Below, piece after piece: positions 26,218 to 37,650 of a stretch of DNA of 41,607 nucleotides. The translations under genes and the position numbers were made by a program. Below the pieces are notes generated by a model that was not told where the DNA came from, made no database searches, and saw nothing but the letters and a program-made list of their open reading frames with translations. Positions within the stretch are counted from its first letter, which is position 1, and each line of letters begins with the position of its first letter. The stretch is from NCBI GenBank assembly GCA_963663405.2, contig CAXXSM010000060.1, forward strand, positions 1 to 41,607, written 5' to 3'. Origin of the DNA: a bacterium. Lineage in GTDB: Bacteria > Hinthialibacterota > Hinthialibacteria > Hinthialibacterales > Hinthialibacteraceae.

Positions 26218-28665
26218 TCACATCCGATCTGTGTCCGGAAAATCGAAAACAATCTTAGCCGCGCCAGACTCATCTCTAGACAATTTTAATCGGGCGGAAA
26301 ATGACTTTCCCTTTTTCGATTTGAAGTCATGAAGGATCTCCGACACACCAGATTCTAAGAGTTGATCGATCGCTTTCTTGGGAATTTGTTTCTGGGCCAT
26401 TGTCTTCCAGATGACGAACCGGCAGGCGCCATCTTTCTCGCGCCAGTTCGAACATCCATACCCTTTCTTCCCTTCGATAATCTCGCCCCCACAATCGGGA
26501 CAGACACCCAATGATTTCGAATGGTCTTTTTGGTTTGGTGGGATTCCAGATCTATCTAATTCAACCTGCCAATCCTGTTCGTGTTGAACCAATGTAAGAA
26601 AAGCAGAGATTAATTCGCCCGCATCCGAAACAAAATCATGAAAGGGACCGATTTTCTTTTTTGTTAACAATTGTTTAATAGCGGGTAGCGCGATCGTTTT
26701 TCCGGAAATCGTTTTCCATATAACAAAGGAACAGCCGCCATCTTCCTTTTTCCAATTAGAACATCCAAATCCTCTTTTCCCCTCGATGATTGATCCGCCA
26801 CATTGCGGGCAGACGCCGATCGTTCCTGTCAGGGATACTTGAGGGACTGTTGTTTTAAATTCTTGTATGGCGGATTGAACAAATTCTTGGATTTCCCGCT
26901 GGAATTCCCCGCTGGAATCCTGTCCCTGTGCGATCCGGTTCAACCGCGCCTCCCACCGGGCGGTCTCCTCGGCGGACGCCAATTGTTTGGCTACGGTGAA
27001 GCGCCTGAGAGTATCGATCAGATGACAGCCTTTATCCAGCGCGGCAAGCCGTTTCTTTTTCCGGCTGATGTACTTGCGTTTTAATAGTGTTTCGATGATT
27101 TGCGCGCGTGTCGCCTGTGTTCCCAGGCCCACATCACCGCGGTAGATCTTTTTCAAATCACTTTCCGAAACATACTTTCCTGGATTTGTCATGTCTTTTA
27201 AAAGCAGGGCTTCTGTATATTCGGGAGGGGGAAGAGTTTTCTTTTCTTCCAGCTTGGCTTCTTCCACATGCGCGGGATCGTTCTTCTCCAGCGGGGGTAA
27301 ATCTTGTTGTCCTGCTTCCACTTCATATGGATTTATACTCTCCGCTTCTTCGCCATAGACTACACGCCAACCGGGTTTAAGGATTCTCTTCCCTCTTGTG
27401 CGAAAGGTTTCTTTTTCTACTTCGGTAATGATTTCGGTCTGTTCGTATTCACAGTCAGGATGAAACGCGGCGGCGAAGCGCTTAAGAACCAAATCGTAAA
27501 TCTTCCGTTCATCATTCCCAGTGTTACCTGGAATTGGCGCGAGAGGAATGAGAGCGTGGTGATCGGTCAATTTGGCATCATTGAAGACACGTTGATTCGA
27601 TGCGTTGAGAAGCCGTTCATCGATGTTCGTAAAGAGTTGAGGATATTCCTGCGCCAGTGTTTCGGTAATTTTCTTTACCATATCTGCGTTTTTTTTCCCT
27701 AATACTTTGGAATCCGTCCGGGGATAGGAAAGGCATTTCTTCTTTTCGTAGAGAGTCTGGGCGAGATCGAGCGTCTGTTGGGCGGAGAATCCGAACCGCC
27801 TGTTAGCGTCCTGTTGGAGGTCAGTGAGGGAATACAACAATGGGGGCGGTAGTAATTTTTTTTCTTTAGCAGCCGAAAGCACGACTCCCGTTTGATGGGA
27901 GACTTTCGATAAGATTTTTTCAGCTTCACTCTTTTTATCAAAGTGAGTTTCTCTCTCTTTAAACCACGTTCCCAGCCATTCTCCCTTCTCGTTCGAGAAT
28001 CGAACTTGGAGCAGCCAATACGGAACCGGTTTGAAATTCTCACGCGCTCTCCGTCGGTCAACCAAGAGCGCAAGAACCGCCGTCTGTACACGCCCTACGC
28101 TATATAGATCATTTAAGGTAACAGTCGCTGCGCGGGTGACGTTCATCCCGACAAGCCAGTCGGCGATCTGCCTGGATTGTCCAGCGCTCCATAAGCGGTC
28201 GTATTCAGCGGCCGGTTTGGGGGCTTTCATGCCTTCTTTTATAACTGACGGAGTAAGCGCCAAGCTGCTCCAAAACCGATACAGCCGATTACGGTTGTTA
28301 TAACCGCAGACCAGAAGAATAGTACGCGCGATCACCTCCCCTTCCCGGCCCGCGTCGGTGGCGATCACAACCTTTTCAATCGATTTGTCCTGTAAGAGTT
28401 TCCGAATAATCGATAACTGTTTTTTTGTTTTTGGGATTGGTTTATATTGAAAAGAATCTGGGATGACGGGTAGAGTGTCAAGGCTCCATTTCTTCCATTT
28501 CGAATCGTATTCCTGTGGTTCGAGTAATTCCACGAGATGCCCGACAGCCCATGTAATGATATAATCATTATCCTCTATGTATCCGTCACGCCGCCCGTTG
28601 ACGCTGAGAGCTTTGGCAAAATCCATCGCCACGGAGGGCTTTTCTGTTACGATCAATGTCTTCAC
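26218..28665 (-). CDS. topB: DNA topoisomerase III (type IA)
   Basis: TEKPSVA, TWAVGHL, ATDAGREGE, GRVQTA, catalytic SYPRTDS, GLGTQATRA; two C-terminal CPxCG...GCSNW repeats. Confidence 0.95.
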   Translation of the reverse strand: MKTLIVTEKPSVAMDFAKALSVNGRRDGYIEDNDYIITWAVGHLVELLEPQEYDSKWKKWSLDTLPVIPDSFQYKPIPKTKKQLSIIRKLLQDKSIEKVVIATDAGREGEVIARTILLVCGYNNRNRLYRFWSSLALTPSVIKEGMKAPKPAAEYDRLWSAGQSRQIADWLVGMNVTRAATVTLNDLYSVGRVQTAVLALLVDRRRARENFKPVPYWLLQVRFSNEKGEWLGTWFKERETHFDKKSEAEKILSKVSHQTGVVLSAAKEKKLLPPPLLYSLTDLQQDANRRFGFSAQQTLDLAQTLYEKKKCLSYPRTDSKVLGKKNADMVKKITETLAQEYPQLFTNIDERLLNASNQRVFNDAKLTDHHALIPLAPIPGNTGNDERKIYDLVLKRFAAAFHPDCEYEQTEIITEVEKETFRTRGKRILKPGWRVVYGEEAESINPYEVEAGQQDLPPLEKNDPAHVEEAKLEEKKTLPPPEYTEALLLKDMTNPGKYVSESDLKKIYRGDVGLGTQATRAQIIETLLKRKYISRKKKRLAALDKGCHLIDTLRRFTVAKQLASAEETARWEARLNRIAQGQDSSGEFQREIQEFVQSAIQEFKTTVPQVSLTGTIGVCPQCGGSIIEGKRGFGCSNWKKEDGGCSFVIWKTISGKTIALPAIKQLLTKKKIGPFHDFVSDAGELISAFLTLVQHEQDWQVELDRSGIPPNQKDHSKSLGVCPDCGGEIIEGKKGYGCSNWREKDGACRFVIWKTMAQKQIPKKAIDQLLESGVSEILHDFKSKKGKSFSARLKLSRDESGAAKIVFDFPDTDRM

Positions 28666-28672
28666 TACGCAG

Positions 28673-30223
28673 TCACCGTTTAACATTCTGAATTGCCGAC
28701 ATCGGAGACAGTTTCGCTACGATGGCGTCTCCCGGCCCATTCAAACTGGTTTGATGAGAATTCATAACGGGCCAATCGTTTCCCGTGCTGCTGCCCGCTA
28801 CAATCAGGCTGTCATCGGGAGCGACGCAGCCCGCGCGCCCCGCGTCGGCGCCCCGCCCACCTAAAAACGTGCTATAGAGTATCCGGTCAAGATTCGGGCT
28901 CAGTTTGACAATCACCGCGTCATCCTGAACGCCTTTTTTCTTTTGAAAGGCATCGTTGGAAACAGGGAAATCCGTAGAAGTGGTTTGCCCGAAGAGAACC
29001 AGGTTTCCTTGTGAGTCAAAACGGATTCCATCAGAATTATCAAGCCCGCGTCCACCGAGTAAGGCGCCCGCCAATAAAGCGCCGCTGGGTGATAGTTTCG
29101 CAATGCCCCAATCCACGTTTCCACCGAACGTTCGTTGAACGGCGCCTGGGGTGGTAGGGAAATTCGCGCTGAAGGCGCAGGTTGTTGAGTAGCAGTTCCC
29201 TTCCCCGTCCACGGCGAGATTGTGTGTATTCAACCAGTTGTCTCCTTCATCCCCGATGTATGTTCCATAGACAAGATCAGAACCATCCGGTTTTAACTTC
29301 GCGATATACCAATCGACGCCGCCATTGTGGGTTCGATCGTGAGCGCCGGGCGTGGTGGGGATATCGGTTGAACGAGTTTGGAGTCCGGCGTAAACGTATC
29401 CTTCGTCATCGACATCAATGGAGGCTTCGATTGAGTCGTAATCTGAACCGCCTAGATAAGTCGCCCATATAACACGGGAACCATCGGACGAAATTTTTGC
29501 TACCCCGCAGTCCGCTCCCCCCTGAGGTTTTGGTTGAAAGGCGTTGGAGTTCCATTCCGGTTTCATCCATGTGTCCCAATGACGGCGGTCATTTTCATCA
29601 GGACGAACGCCCCAGGTTACGTAGATATCATCATTCTTATCCAACGCCAGATCGCGGTGAAGATGATCGATCCCAAAGAAACTGGCCCAGACGAGTTCTG
29701 AACCATCCGGCGAGAGTTTGCAGATGTACGCGTTCTGGGCGGTGTTATGGGGATTCCCTGGATCTCCACCGCCGCAGCCTTTGAATTGTTCTTGATACAC
29801 GCCTTCTGTGATGGGCGATCCCGGCGCGCCGCGTCCGTGAACGATGATGTAGCCTTTGCTATCAATTTCCAGTCCATAGGCTTCTTCGGAATTAGGACCA
29901 CCAATGATTGTAGACCAAATCAATTTCCCTGATGGATCAAATTTGGCTACAAAGATTTCTGAGTTATATCCCCACCGGCTTTCCCCCAGGCTGGTATCCA
30001 ATTTTTCATCATACGCGCCGTGGGTTGTGGGAAAATCCGGGGAACGCGTGGTTCCCGCGATGTATAGATTCCCCTGTTGATCCGCTTCAATATCCCGGAT
30101 CCCATCTCCAGCGCTTCCACCAAAATATGTTGAAAAGAGCAGATCGTAGGGTTGCGCCATAATCACACAAGGACTGAATAGGATCAAACAGCCAATGGAG
30201 AGTAGAAGAAAACGAAGATTCAT
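28673..30223 (-). CDS. Secreted SBBP-repeat beta-propeller protein
   Basis: Signal peptide; repeated STY.GG...D...D..GN.Y..G.T.S.DFPTT.GA units; AGGAG upstream of ATG 30223. Confidence 0.88.
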   Translation of the reverse strand: MNLRFLLLSIGCLILFSPCVIMAQPYDLLFSTYFGGSAGDGIRDIEADQQGNLYIAGTTRSPDFPTTHGAYDEKLDTSLGESRWGYNSEIFVAKFDPSGKLIWSTIIGGPNSEEAYGLEIDSKGYIIVHGRGAPGSPITEGVYQEQFKGCGGGDPGNPHNTAQNAYICKLSPDGSELVWASFFGIDHLHRDLALDKNDDIYVTWGVRPDENDRRHWDTWMKPEWNSNAFQPKPQGGADCGVAKISSDGSRVIWATYLGGSDYDSIEASIDVDDEGYVYAGLQTRSTDIPTTPGAHDRTHNGGVDWYIAKLKPDGSDLVYGTYIGDEGDNWLNTHNLAVDGEGNCYSTTCAFSANFPTTPGAVQRTFGGNVDWGIAKLSPSGALLAGALLGGRGLDNSDGIRFDSQGNLVLFGQTTSTDFPVSNDAFQKKKGVQDDAVIVKLSPNLDRILYSTFLGGRGADAGRAGCVAPDDSLIVAGSSTGNDWPVMNSHQTSLNGPGDAIVAKLSPMSAIQNVKR

Positions 30224-30451
30224 GATGAGGCTCCTATGGTTCGTCAAATCTCTGATTGAAAGCGCTAGATTTTTCTCGTCAAAACAGAGATCTAGGAATA
30301 TACTATATCACGGATTCGTTCTCAGACAGCGTTTATCAGCGATCCTTAATGATTTCAAGAATTCCAAATCACACAACCGGCAAATCTCATTATCGAACGG
30401 GCGCTTTCAATCTAATTCACAATCGCAGGATTCTAACGAGAGATATCGAAA

Positions 30452-32071
30452 TTGGCTGTTATGGATGACAAGGAACAAATAAATCCCCCTATGTTATTAT
30501 CTAATGGGAAAAATCGATCCAGCCTATGGGAATGGATGTTTATGTCCGGGCTGGTTTTATTGGCGATAGGACTCCGGGGTATAGGTTTAGACCGTGTTGG
30601 GTTTTGGACGGATGAGATTCATACTCTATTCATTACTCAATTTACGTTACTGGATTATTGGGCGAATCCAACATTAACCGATCATCCACCTCTTTATTTT
30701 TTTCTTGTTTCAATATGGAAGTGGGGGAGTGAAAGTGAATCTTGGATTCGTTTGCTGTCCGCTGTGTTTGGAGGATTGGCCGTATTTCCCATCTATTGGA
30801 TCAGCCGGACTTTTGGTGGAAAGATTCACGGACGTTGGGCAGCTCTATTTCTCATATTCTCTCCTTTTCATTTCCGATACTCACAAGAAGCGCGGGGATA
30901 TTCCCTGCTCTTTTTACTATCCGCGTTCTTATTACTCGCTGCTATACGGCTTATCAAACAGCCTTCCCGATTCTGGAACGGAATGTATATTCTTTTGGGA
31001 TTCCTTGTCATGGCAACGCATAATGCAGGAATTCTATTTATCATCAGTATGGCGCTGATGACATTATACGCAGGGATAAGAACCAGAACAGGATTACTAT
31101 CGTGGATTAAGATTCACTGCGCTCTATTATTCGTGTCTTCCCCGATCATTGTATTATTGTTATTGCAATCTCAGTACAAACTAACAACCGGATTCTGGCA
31201 GCCACCGCCTTCAATCTTTGATGTTCTACAAACCACGCAAACCTATTTTTTCACACAAATACCTACTTTGGATTATATACTGCTGCGTATATTGGGCTGG
31301 CGAATTCCTTTGCTATCATTAGAATGGTTTGCTCTCATCGCTTTTCTAGTTCTGCGCGCATTCTCTGTTGTTACCGCCTATCAGCGAAAACATACTTTTT
31401 TTATATCTGTTCTGTTTTTTGTGGTTCTTTATCCCGTTCTATTAATCATTGCGGGTTGGTTTAGTGTTCCTCTATTCGCCGCCCGTACAGCGATCCCCGC
31501 TTTGATCGTTGTTCCAATACTGCTCGCATACGCTTCCTCTCAAGTGAAGAAACCTATTTATAGATGGTGGATTCAATGTATAACTGGATGCTGTCTCGCT
31601 CTCAGCGTATCAAGTCTGTATTTGGACTATCGAACGTTGAAAAAGGAAGATTGGCGAAGTGTGATACAGACACTCTCTCACAAGGTTCAAGCGGATGATG
31701 GAATCTTGTATTGGAATTATATCTGCGGACTAGGAACAGAGTTTTACGCGCAGAAATTCAATATCAAAAATCCAATTCTGGGTCTTCCACAAAACTATCA
31801 AGACGCTATCTTTACGCCCAACACTGTCCTTACGGCTAAAGGGGGATACGCTCAACTTAAACAGTTTACAAAAAAACATCCACGGATCTGGGTCATTCAT
31901 TCATCTGGGGAAGACGGCGCCGATACATTAGACCGTTACCTATCCGAATTAGAGTTTAAGAAAAAAACGACCAATCATTTTATATCAATCAAACTCAAAT
32001 TATATACATTCGAAAAAAAACCAGTTACTGATCTTTCCGGCGTCAACATCCTCAATCAAGAAGCGCAATAA
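30452..32071 (+). CDS. GT-C fold glycosyltransferase (family 39/PMT-ArnT-like), multi-pass membrane protein
   Basis: FWTDE, DHPPLYF, IRLLS, YSQEARGYS, EDWR; many TM segments. Confidence 0.88.
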   Translation: MAVMDDKEQINPPMLLSNGKNRSSLWEWMFMSGLVLLAIGLRGIGLDRVGFWTDEIHTLFITQFTLLDYWANPTLTDHPPLYFFLVSIWKWGSESESWIRLLSAVFGGLAVFPIYWISRTFGGKIHGRWAALFLIFSPFHFRYSQEARGYSLLFLLSAFLLLAAIRLIKQPSRFWNGMYILLGFLVMATHNAGILFIISMALMTLYAGIRTRTGLLSWIKIHCALLFVSSPIIVLLLLQSQYKLTTGFWQPPPSIFDVLQTTQTYFFTQIPTLDYILLRILGWRIPLLSLEWFALIAFLVLRAFSVVTAYQRKHTFFISVLFFVVLYPVLLIIAGWFSVPLFAARTAIPALIVVPILLAYASSQVKKPIYRWWIQCITGCCLALSVSSLYLDYRTLKKEDWRSVIQTLSHKVQADDGILYWNYICGLGTEFYAQKFNIKNPILGLPQNYQDAIFTPNTVLTAKGGYAQLKQFTKKHPRIWVIHSSGEDGADTLDRYLSELEFKKKTTNHFISIKLKLYTFEKKPVTDLSGVNILNQEAQ

Positions 32072-32243
32072 GCTGGAGTTCTACTTGGTTTTATAACCGA
32101 TCGTTTATTCCTATACTCCTTAAACCACTTCCCAACCATATTTCGATTCATTATGATGAGCGATTATGACAGACGGTTCTATCTATTAATATTTCATTCA
32201 ACAACTATAATAAGAGAAATCACGTTCGTAAAGGAAATTTAAC

Positions 32244-33248
32244 ATGTGCAGACATATGGATCGAAGGCAATTTTTACGGAATTCTTCTATCGCGGGGAAC
32301 AGCAGTGGTCACAACGGCGCTGAGCTTGGAAGAAAAAATTTTAATGGCCGCTCCTAAACAGACAGCGGTGAAACTATCGGATTCAATCGAAGGCATGCCC
32401 ATCGGTAAAATTGGAGACGTGTCAATCGGGCGGCTCATCTGTGGGGGGCAACCTGATCGGTGGCTACGCGCATAGCCGCGATTTAATCTATGTATCCGAT
32501 CTGATTCGCGGCTATTTTACGCAGGAAAAAATCTTTGAAACGTTTGAACTCTGCGAAGAAAACGGCGTCAACACCGTCGTGCTCTACTCCGGCGCAACCC
32601 GCCATGCGGATACATTCGAAATCATCAACCGATACAAGAACGAACGAGGAGGATCGATTCAGTGGCTTGCGCAAATCAATCCGGATGAAAAAGACCTGGC
32701 CGCCAGTGTCAACCAAGCTGTTGATAACGGCGCCGTTGGGGCGTTCATCCTGGGAAACGTTGGGGACGAATGGGTACGGAGCGGAAAAATTGATCTCATC
32801 GGAAAAGTCATATCATTGATTAAACAAAACGGCTTAATCGCCGGGTGTGGCGGGGCACAATATCAATGTGCCGATCCAGTGTGAAAAAGAAGGAATTGAC
32901 ACCGATTTCTATATGAAAACCATCCATAGCGAGAAGTACTGGTCCTCCCGCCGTCCCGATCAAGAGAAAGACGTCATTGATAACTACAGCGTGGACAATT
33001 ATTGGGATAAATATCCCGAAAAAAACAATTGATATCATGAAAACAGTGAAAAAGCCCTGGATCGGGGTACAAAGTCGTCTTAGCGGCGGGCGCCATCCAT
33101 CCAAAAGAGGGATTTCAGTATGCGTTCCAACACGGGCGCGGATTTTCTCTGTGTGGGGATGTACGATTTTCAAGTTAGAGAAAACGTCATCATCACGAAG
33201 AATCTATTCGAGAAAAACAACCAACGAGAACGCCCCTGGATGGCGTAG
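32244..33248 (+). CDS. Tat-exported TIM-barrel / aldo-keto-reductase-like conserved protein; several frameshifts
   Basis: MDRRQFL; MP.GKIG....RLI.GGNLIGGYAHSRDL; DFYMKT.H; KPWI..KVL..G; C-terminal RERPWMA*. Assembled across frames by eye. Confidence 0.65.
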
Positions 33249-33338
33249 CAGTTAAGAATACATTTCGCGCTCTATATTCTTCTTCCACCCGAACTATCGT
33301 TTTCATTCAAATCACCAATGCGTTTAGGATAATCAATT

Positions 33339-34684
33339 ATGAATAGAGTCAAGACAATCATTACGCTAATTATTGCCTTCGTATCAACCAGTTTGCTCCA
33401 CGCCTCGGAATACCCGCTACGAGACGCCGCCGAATGTACCGTTCGAAATGGATTGCCCAATTTCTTCCAAAAACTCGAACGTGGAGAATCAGTGAATATC
33501 GCTTATTTAGGCGGCAGCATCACACAACAAGATGGCTGGCGTCCAAAAACATTGCAATGGTTTCGCGAACAATTTCCCCAGGCGAAAATCTCCGAGATTC
33601 ACGCCGCGATTGGTGGAACCGGATCAGACTTAGGCGTCTTCCGACTGAAGCAGGATGTATTGGATCACAACCCGGATTTGTTATTCGTTGAATTCGCGGT
33701 AAATGATGGTGGAGTAGAGCCCGATCGCATTCATCAGACTATGGAAGGAATTGTACGGAAAACGATCCGGAGACGATCCAACAACCGATATCTGTTTCGT
33801 CTATACACTGGTCGGCGCCTGGACACAGGACTCTGCGTGATGGCAAGTTCCCCACGGGCGGCCTCAGCGATGGAAGCCATCGCCGATCATTACGGAATCC
33901 CATCCATTCATATGGGATTGCGCGTAGCGATTCTCGAAGGGGAAGGAAAACTCATCTTCAAAAGCGCCAAGCCCAAGACCGAGGAAGAGAAAAAAGCCTT
34001 GGAAGGCAAAATTCTGTTCTCACCGGACAACGTACACCCCTATACGGACACAGGCATGAACTCTATCTACAAGCGGTCGCGCGGGGAATGAATCAGATAC
34101 GCAAGATTGGCAAACCGGGGCCTCATACTCTCCCAAACCCATTCACGGAAAAGAATTGGGAAAACGCAAATATGCTGCCCCTTTCGAAGGCGGAGTTGAG
34201 TTCCGGTTGGGCGCAAACTCGATCCAGAAACGAACGCCATCGCGAAGCGATTTCAAAACCGGATGCCCGCTATGTATTATACCAATCAGCCGGGGGAATC
34301 GATTCGCTTTCAGTTTAAAGGAACATGCGTCCGTATCTACGATCTTTTAGGACCAGACTGTGGACAAGTTAATGTAAAAATCGACCAAAATCCAATCGTT
34401 GTTAAACCGCGCTTTGATCCGTTATTGCACCTATCATCGGCTGGGATCATTTACGATTGCGGAAAACCTGCCGGATACAATACACACCGTAAAACTATCC
34501 CTTCACCCCCGACCAACCTGATAAAGCGGCCATCCTCGCGACAAGAAATAACAAAATAGATAATCCGGAACGCTATAATGACACGGCGTGGTATGTTGGC
34601 GCTATTTTAGTCCTGGGAGATATTATCAATTCGGGAAGAGTGAAACATCACTACAACAATCCATATTGCAAAGAAAAAACGTGA
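33339..34684 (+). CDS. Secreted SGNH/GDSL hydrolase; several frameshifts
   Basis: Block I YLGGSIT, block II AIGGTGS, block III EFAVND, block V DNVHP; continues through the ORF pieces 34088-34559 to WYVGAILVLGDII. Confidence 0.8.
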
Positions 34685-34886
34685 TACAATATGACGATAC
34701 TATCAGTTGGTCTTTGATCGAATACTGGAACAATCAAAACGGGATAAGAGACAAAAATTGATATAAACCATCGTGATTGAGATCACAACGTGTAAATGAA
34801 ATCTGGGCTGAGAACTAGGCCCATTATTCAATATCCATTCAAACTAAATCCAAGCATCCAGTCAGGAGCGAACAAGGGAGAGGGAA

Positions 34887-35355
34887 ATGGAAAAAAATAT
34901 CCAGTTCACCGTAAATGGCGCCTCCCGGAAAATCACCGTCGATGACGATCGAATGCTGCTGTGGGTTTACGCGACGATCTTCACCTCACCGGCTGTAAAT
35001 ACGGCTGCGGAATCGGTTGTCTGCGGCGCATGTACTGTATTACTCGATCAGAAAGCCGTCCGGCTCGTGTATCACGCGAGGTCACACGGGCCGAGGGGGA
35101 AAAGCATCCTGACAATTGAAGGCTTGTCGAATAATGGAAGCCTGCATCCTCTCCAAAAAGCGTTTGTCGATCATGACGCCCTTCAATGCGGCTATTGCAC
35201 ACCGGGATGATTATGAACGCCTACTCGCTTCTCTTGAAAAACAAAACAACCATCACGCGATGAAATCATCCGTCATATGAATAACAATTCTATGCCGGTG
35301 CGGATCTCACGGCCGTATCATCCAAGCGATCCAAACCGCCGCGCGTGGACAATGA
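34887..35355 (+). CDS. (2Fe-2S)-binding small subunit of a xanthine dehydrogenase-family enzyme (IorA/CoxS-like); frameshifted
   Basis: KYGCG, CGACTVL, TIEGL, LQCGYCTPG, CRCG pieces. Confidence 0.85.
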
Positions 35356-35371
35356 ATGGAGGGGAAGGACG

Positions 35372-37525
35372 ATGAACGTAAACCAGAATGAAATTGAACT
35401 GGATTTCCATGATTCCGAAGAGTTCTTCCTAAAACCCAAATCGGCGCGATTTCTTCAAACTGATCGGCGCTGGTATTGTCATTCTCTTTTCTACCGGCGA
35501 TGAGGCGGAAGCGCAGCAAAGACGCGGCAGAAGCCTCCCGATGATATTAATGCGTTCCTCCGAATTGGTGAAGACGGCCGGATCACCTGTACAACGGGCA
35601 AAATTGAAATGGGCCAGGGAACCATCACGGGATTAGCGCAAATGGCGGCGGATGAACTTGATATATCCTTGGATTCGGTTGACATGGTGATGGGCGATAC
35701 CGCTGTTGTGCCCTTGGGACAGTGGAACGCACGGCTCAAGAAGCATTCGTGGCTTCGGCCACCACTCCGGGCCGCCGCCGCGGAAGCGCGGCGATTCTGT
35801 TGGAATTGGCCGCGGAACATCTGAAGATTCCCCGGAACCGGTTAAAGACACAAGGATGGCGCTGTATTCGATGTGGAACAAAACCAGAACCGGGTCACCT
35901 ATGCCGAATTAACAAAAGGGAAAAAAGATCGCCCGGCGCTTAAAAGAAGAAGCGATAATTAAAACTCCCTCGCAGTTCAAGATCATCGGTAACCGGTACC
36001 GAAAACAGACACAATAGATAAAGTCACGGGTAAAGCGAAGTACGCTGCGGATTACCAACTGCCAGGGATGTTGTACGCTCGAATCTTACGCCCACCAGCT
36101 CATGGAGCCGCACTCAAGAGCGTTGACACAAACCCCAGCGGAACGACTCGATGGAATTCACGTTGTCCGGGAGGATGATTTCATCGCCGTTCTCGCGGAT
36201 AAACCGGACCGGGCGGAAACAGCCTTGAAACGAATCCGATCTCAATACGATCTGCCGGACAACAATCTGGATGATGAAACAATCTTCGATCATCTGCTCA
36301 AGAACGCATCGCAAGGAAATCCTTCGGCGCAGGGAGGCGATATTGAGGAAGGCAAAAAAGACAGCGGCGAGACTATTCAAGAAACCTACCTGAATAGTTA
36401 TGTGGGCGCATGCGCCGATCGAACCACACGCAACGACAATCAAAATCGAAAACGATCAAGTGACAGTCTGGCCCGCCACTCAGAGTCCGTTCCGTTTGCA
36501 GGACGCCGTTGCGGAAGAAATGAGTATTCCCGCTGATAAGGTCCGTGTAATCACCCCCTGTGTTGGCAGCGGTTTTGGTGGCAAACGCAGCCGCAACGCC
36601 ATAGAAGCGGCGCGAATCTTACGATTAATGGGGAAATCCAACCAAGCGATTCAGCTTGCGGATACTCGCGAAGAAGAATTCTTTTACGACACGTTCCGTC
36701 CTGCGGCGATTGTGAAGATTAATGCGGGAGTGAAGGATGGACGAATCACGTTTTGGGATTATGGAGTTTATTGCGCCGGTCAGAGAGGCGCCAATCAATT
36801 TTATGACATTCCTCATCACCGTCAACCCTGATTCTACGGATCGGGTTTGGGGAGGAGACGGCGGCCACCCGTTCGGAACCGGAGCGTGGCGCGCGCCCGC
36901 TAACAACACCAACACGTTTGCGCGAGAATCTCACATCGATACACTGGCGGCGCGCGCGGGTGTCGATCCGCTGGAATTCCGCTTGAACAATCTGAAAGAT
37001 GAACGTATGATCCGGTGTACTCAAAGCGGGCGGCGGAACAATTCGGTTGGAAACCGGCCAAAGGCTCCCAGTAGACGCGGTTTCGGAATCTCTCTCGGTA
37101 TCGATTCCGGAACATATGTAGCCCATATCGCCGAAGTCGCAGTGGATCAAAACACCGGCGCTGTGGATGTAAAACGAGTAGTCTGCGCCCAGGATATGGG
37201 CTTTCAATCAGTCCACACTGCGCCAAATTGCAGATTGAGAGTTGTATCATGATGGGACTCGGTTATGCGCTAACGGAAGAGATACACTCAAAAGCGGTAA
37301 GATCCTCGATCTGAATTTTCATAGTTACAAAATACCCCGTTTTCATGGCTTCCAAAAATCGAAACCGTGATTATTGACGATCAAGAAGCCCCGGGCCCAG
37401 GGTGGGGTGAGAACCTGCGATTATCTGTATGGGCGCGGTCATCGCCAATGCGATTTATGACGCGACCGGCGCCAGAGTGCTTCCAATTACCGATGACACC
37501 GGAGCGTATAAAAAACGCTCTTTGA
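35372..37525 (+). CDS. Molybdopterin-binding large subunit (IorB-like) with a Tat signal; frameshifted
   Basis: NRRDFFKLIG, GKIEMGQG, KVTGKAKY, HAPIEP, GSGFGGK, WRAP, FARES.ID.LA...G.DPLEFR, IANAIYDATG.R...LP.TPERI. Confidence 0.85.
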
Positions 37526-37567
37526 TTGAATGACGTTTCGTCCTTTGCAACTTGTTTCGTTCGTGTA

Positions 37568-37650
37568 GATATACCCCAACGCGCGTAAGGTTTTCTCACT
37601 GACTCCCTCCAATTGATCCAACGGATTCCCCACATCGCCGTTTTCGTCTA
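37568..37650 (-). repeat. Coding repeat copy 1 (GDVGNPLDQLEGVSEKTLRALGYI)
   Basis: Plus-strand core ACTCCCTCCAATTGATCCA shared with 40296-40314 and, with small changes, 41540-41559. Confidence 0.9.

Noticed and set aside
26218-28665. topB as a marker of an ICE or plasmid
   Set aside because: No relaxase, T4SS, integrase, ssb or partition genes are in the window.
170-31058. Numerous 60-200 aa ORFs antisense to or overlapping the called genes (e.g. 1082-1480, 5316-5732, 14831-15265, 22909-23532)
   Set aside because: Shadow ORFs with no motifs or RBS, lying within well-supported genes.
35208-35210. In-frame TGA after CGYCTPG as selenocysteine or readthrough
   Set aside because: The expected continuation (GMIMNAYSLL) is in another frame. 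One missing base in the G run explains it.
32244-37525. Programmed ribosomal frameshifting or phase variation
   Set aside because: There are too many indels per gene, across unrelated genes, so sequencing error is the simpler explanation.
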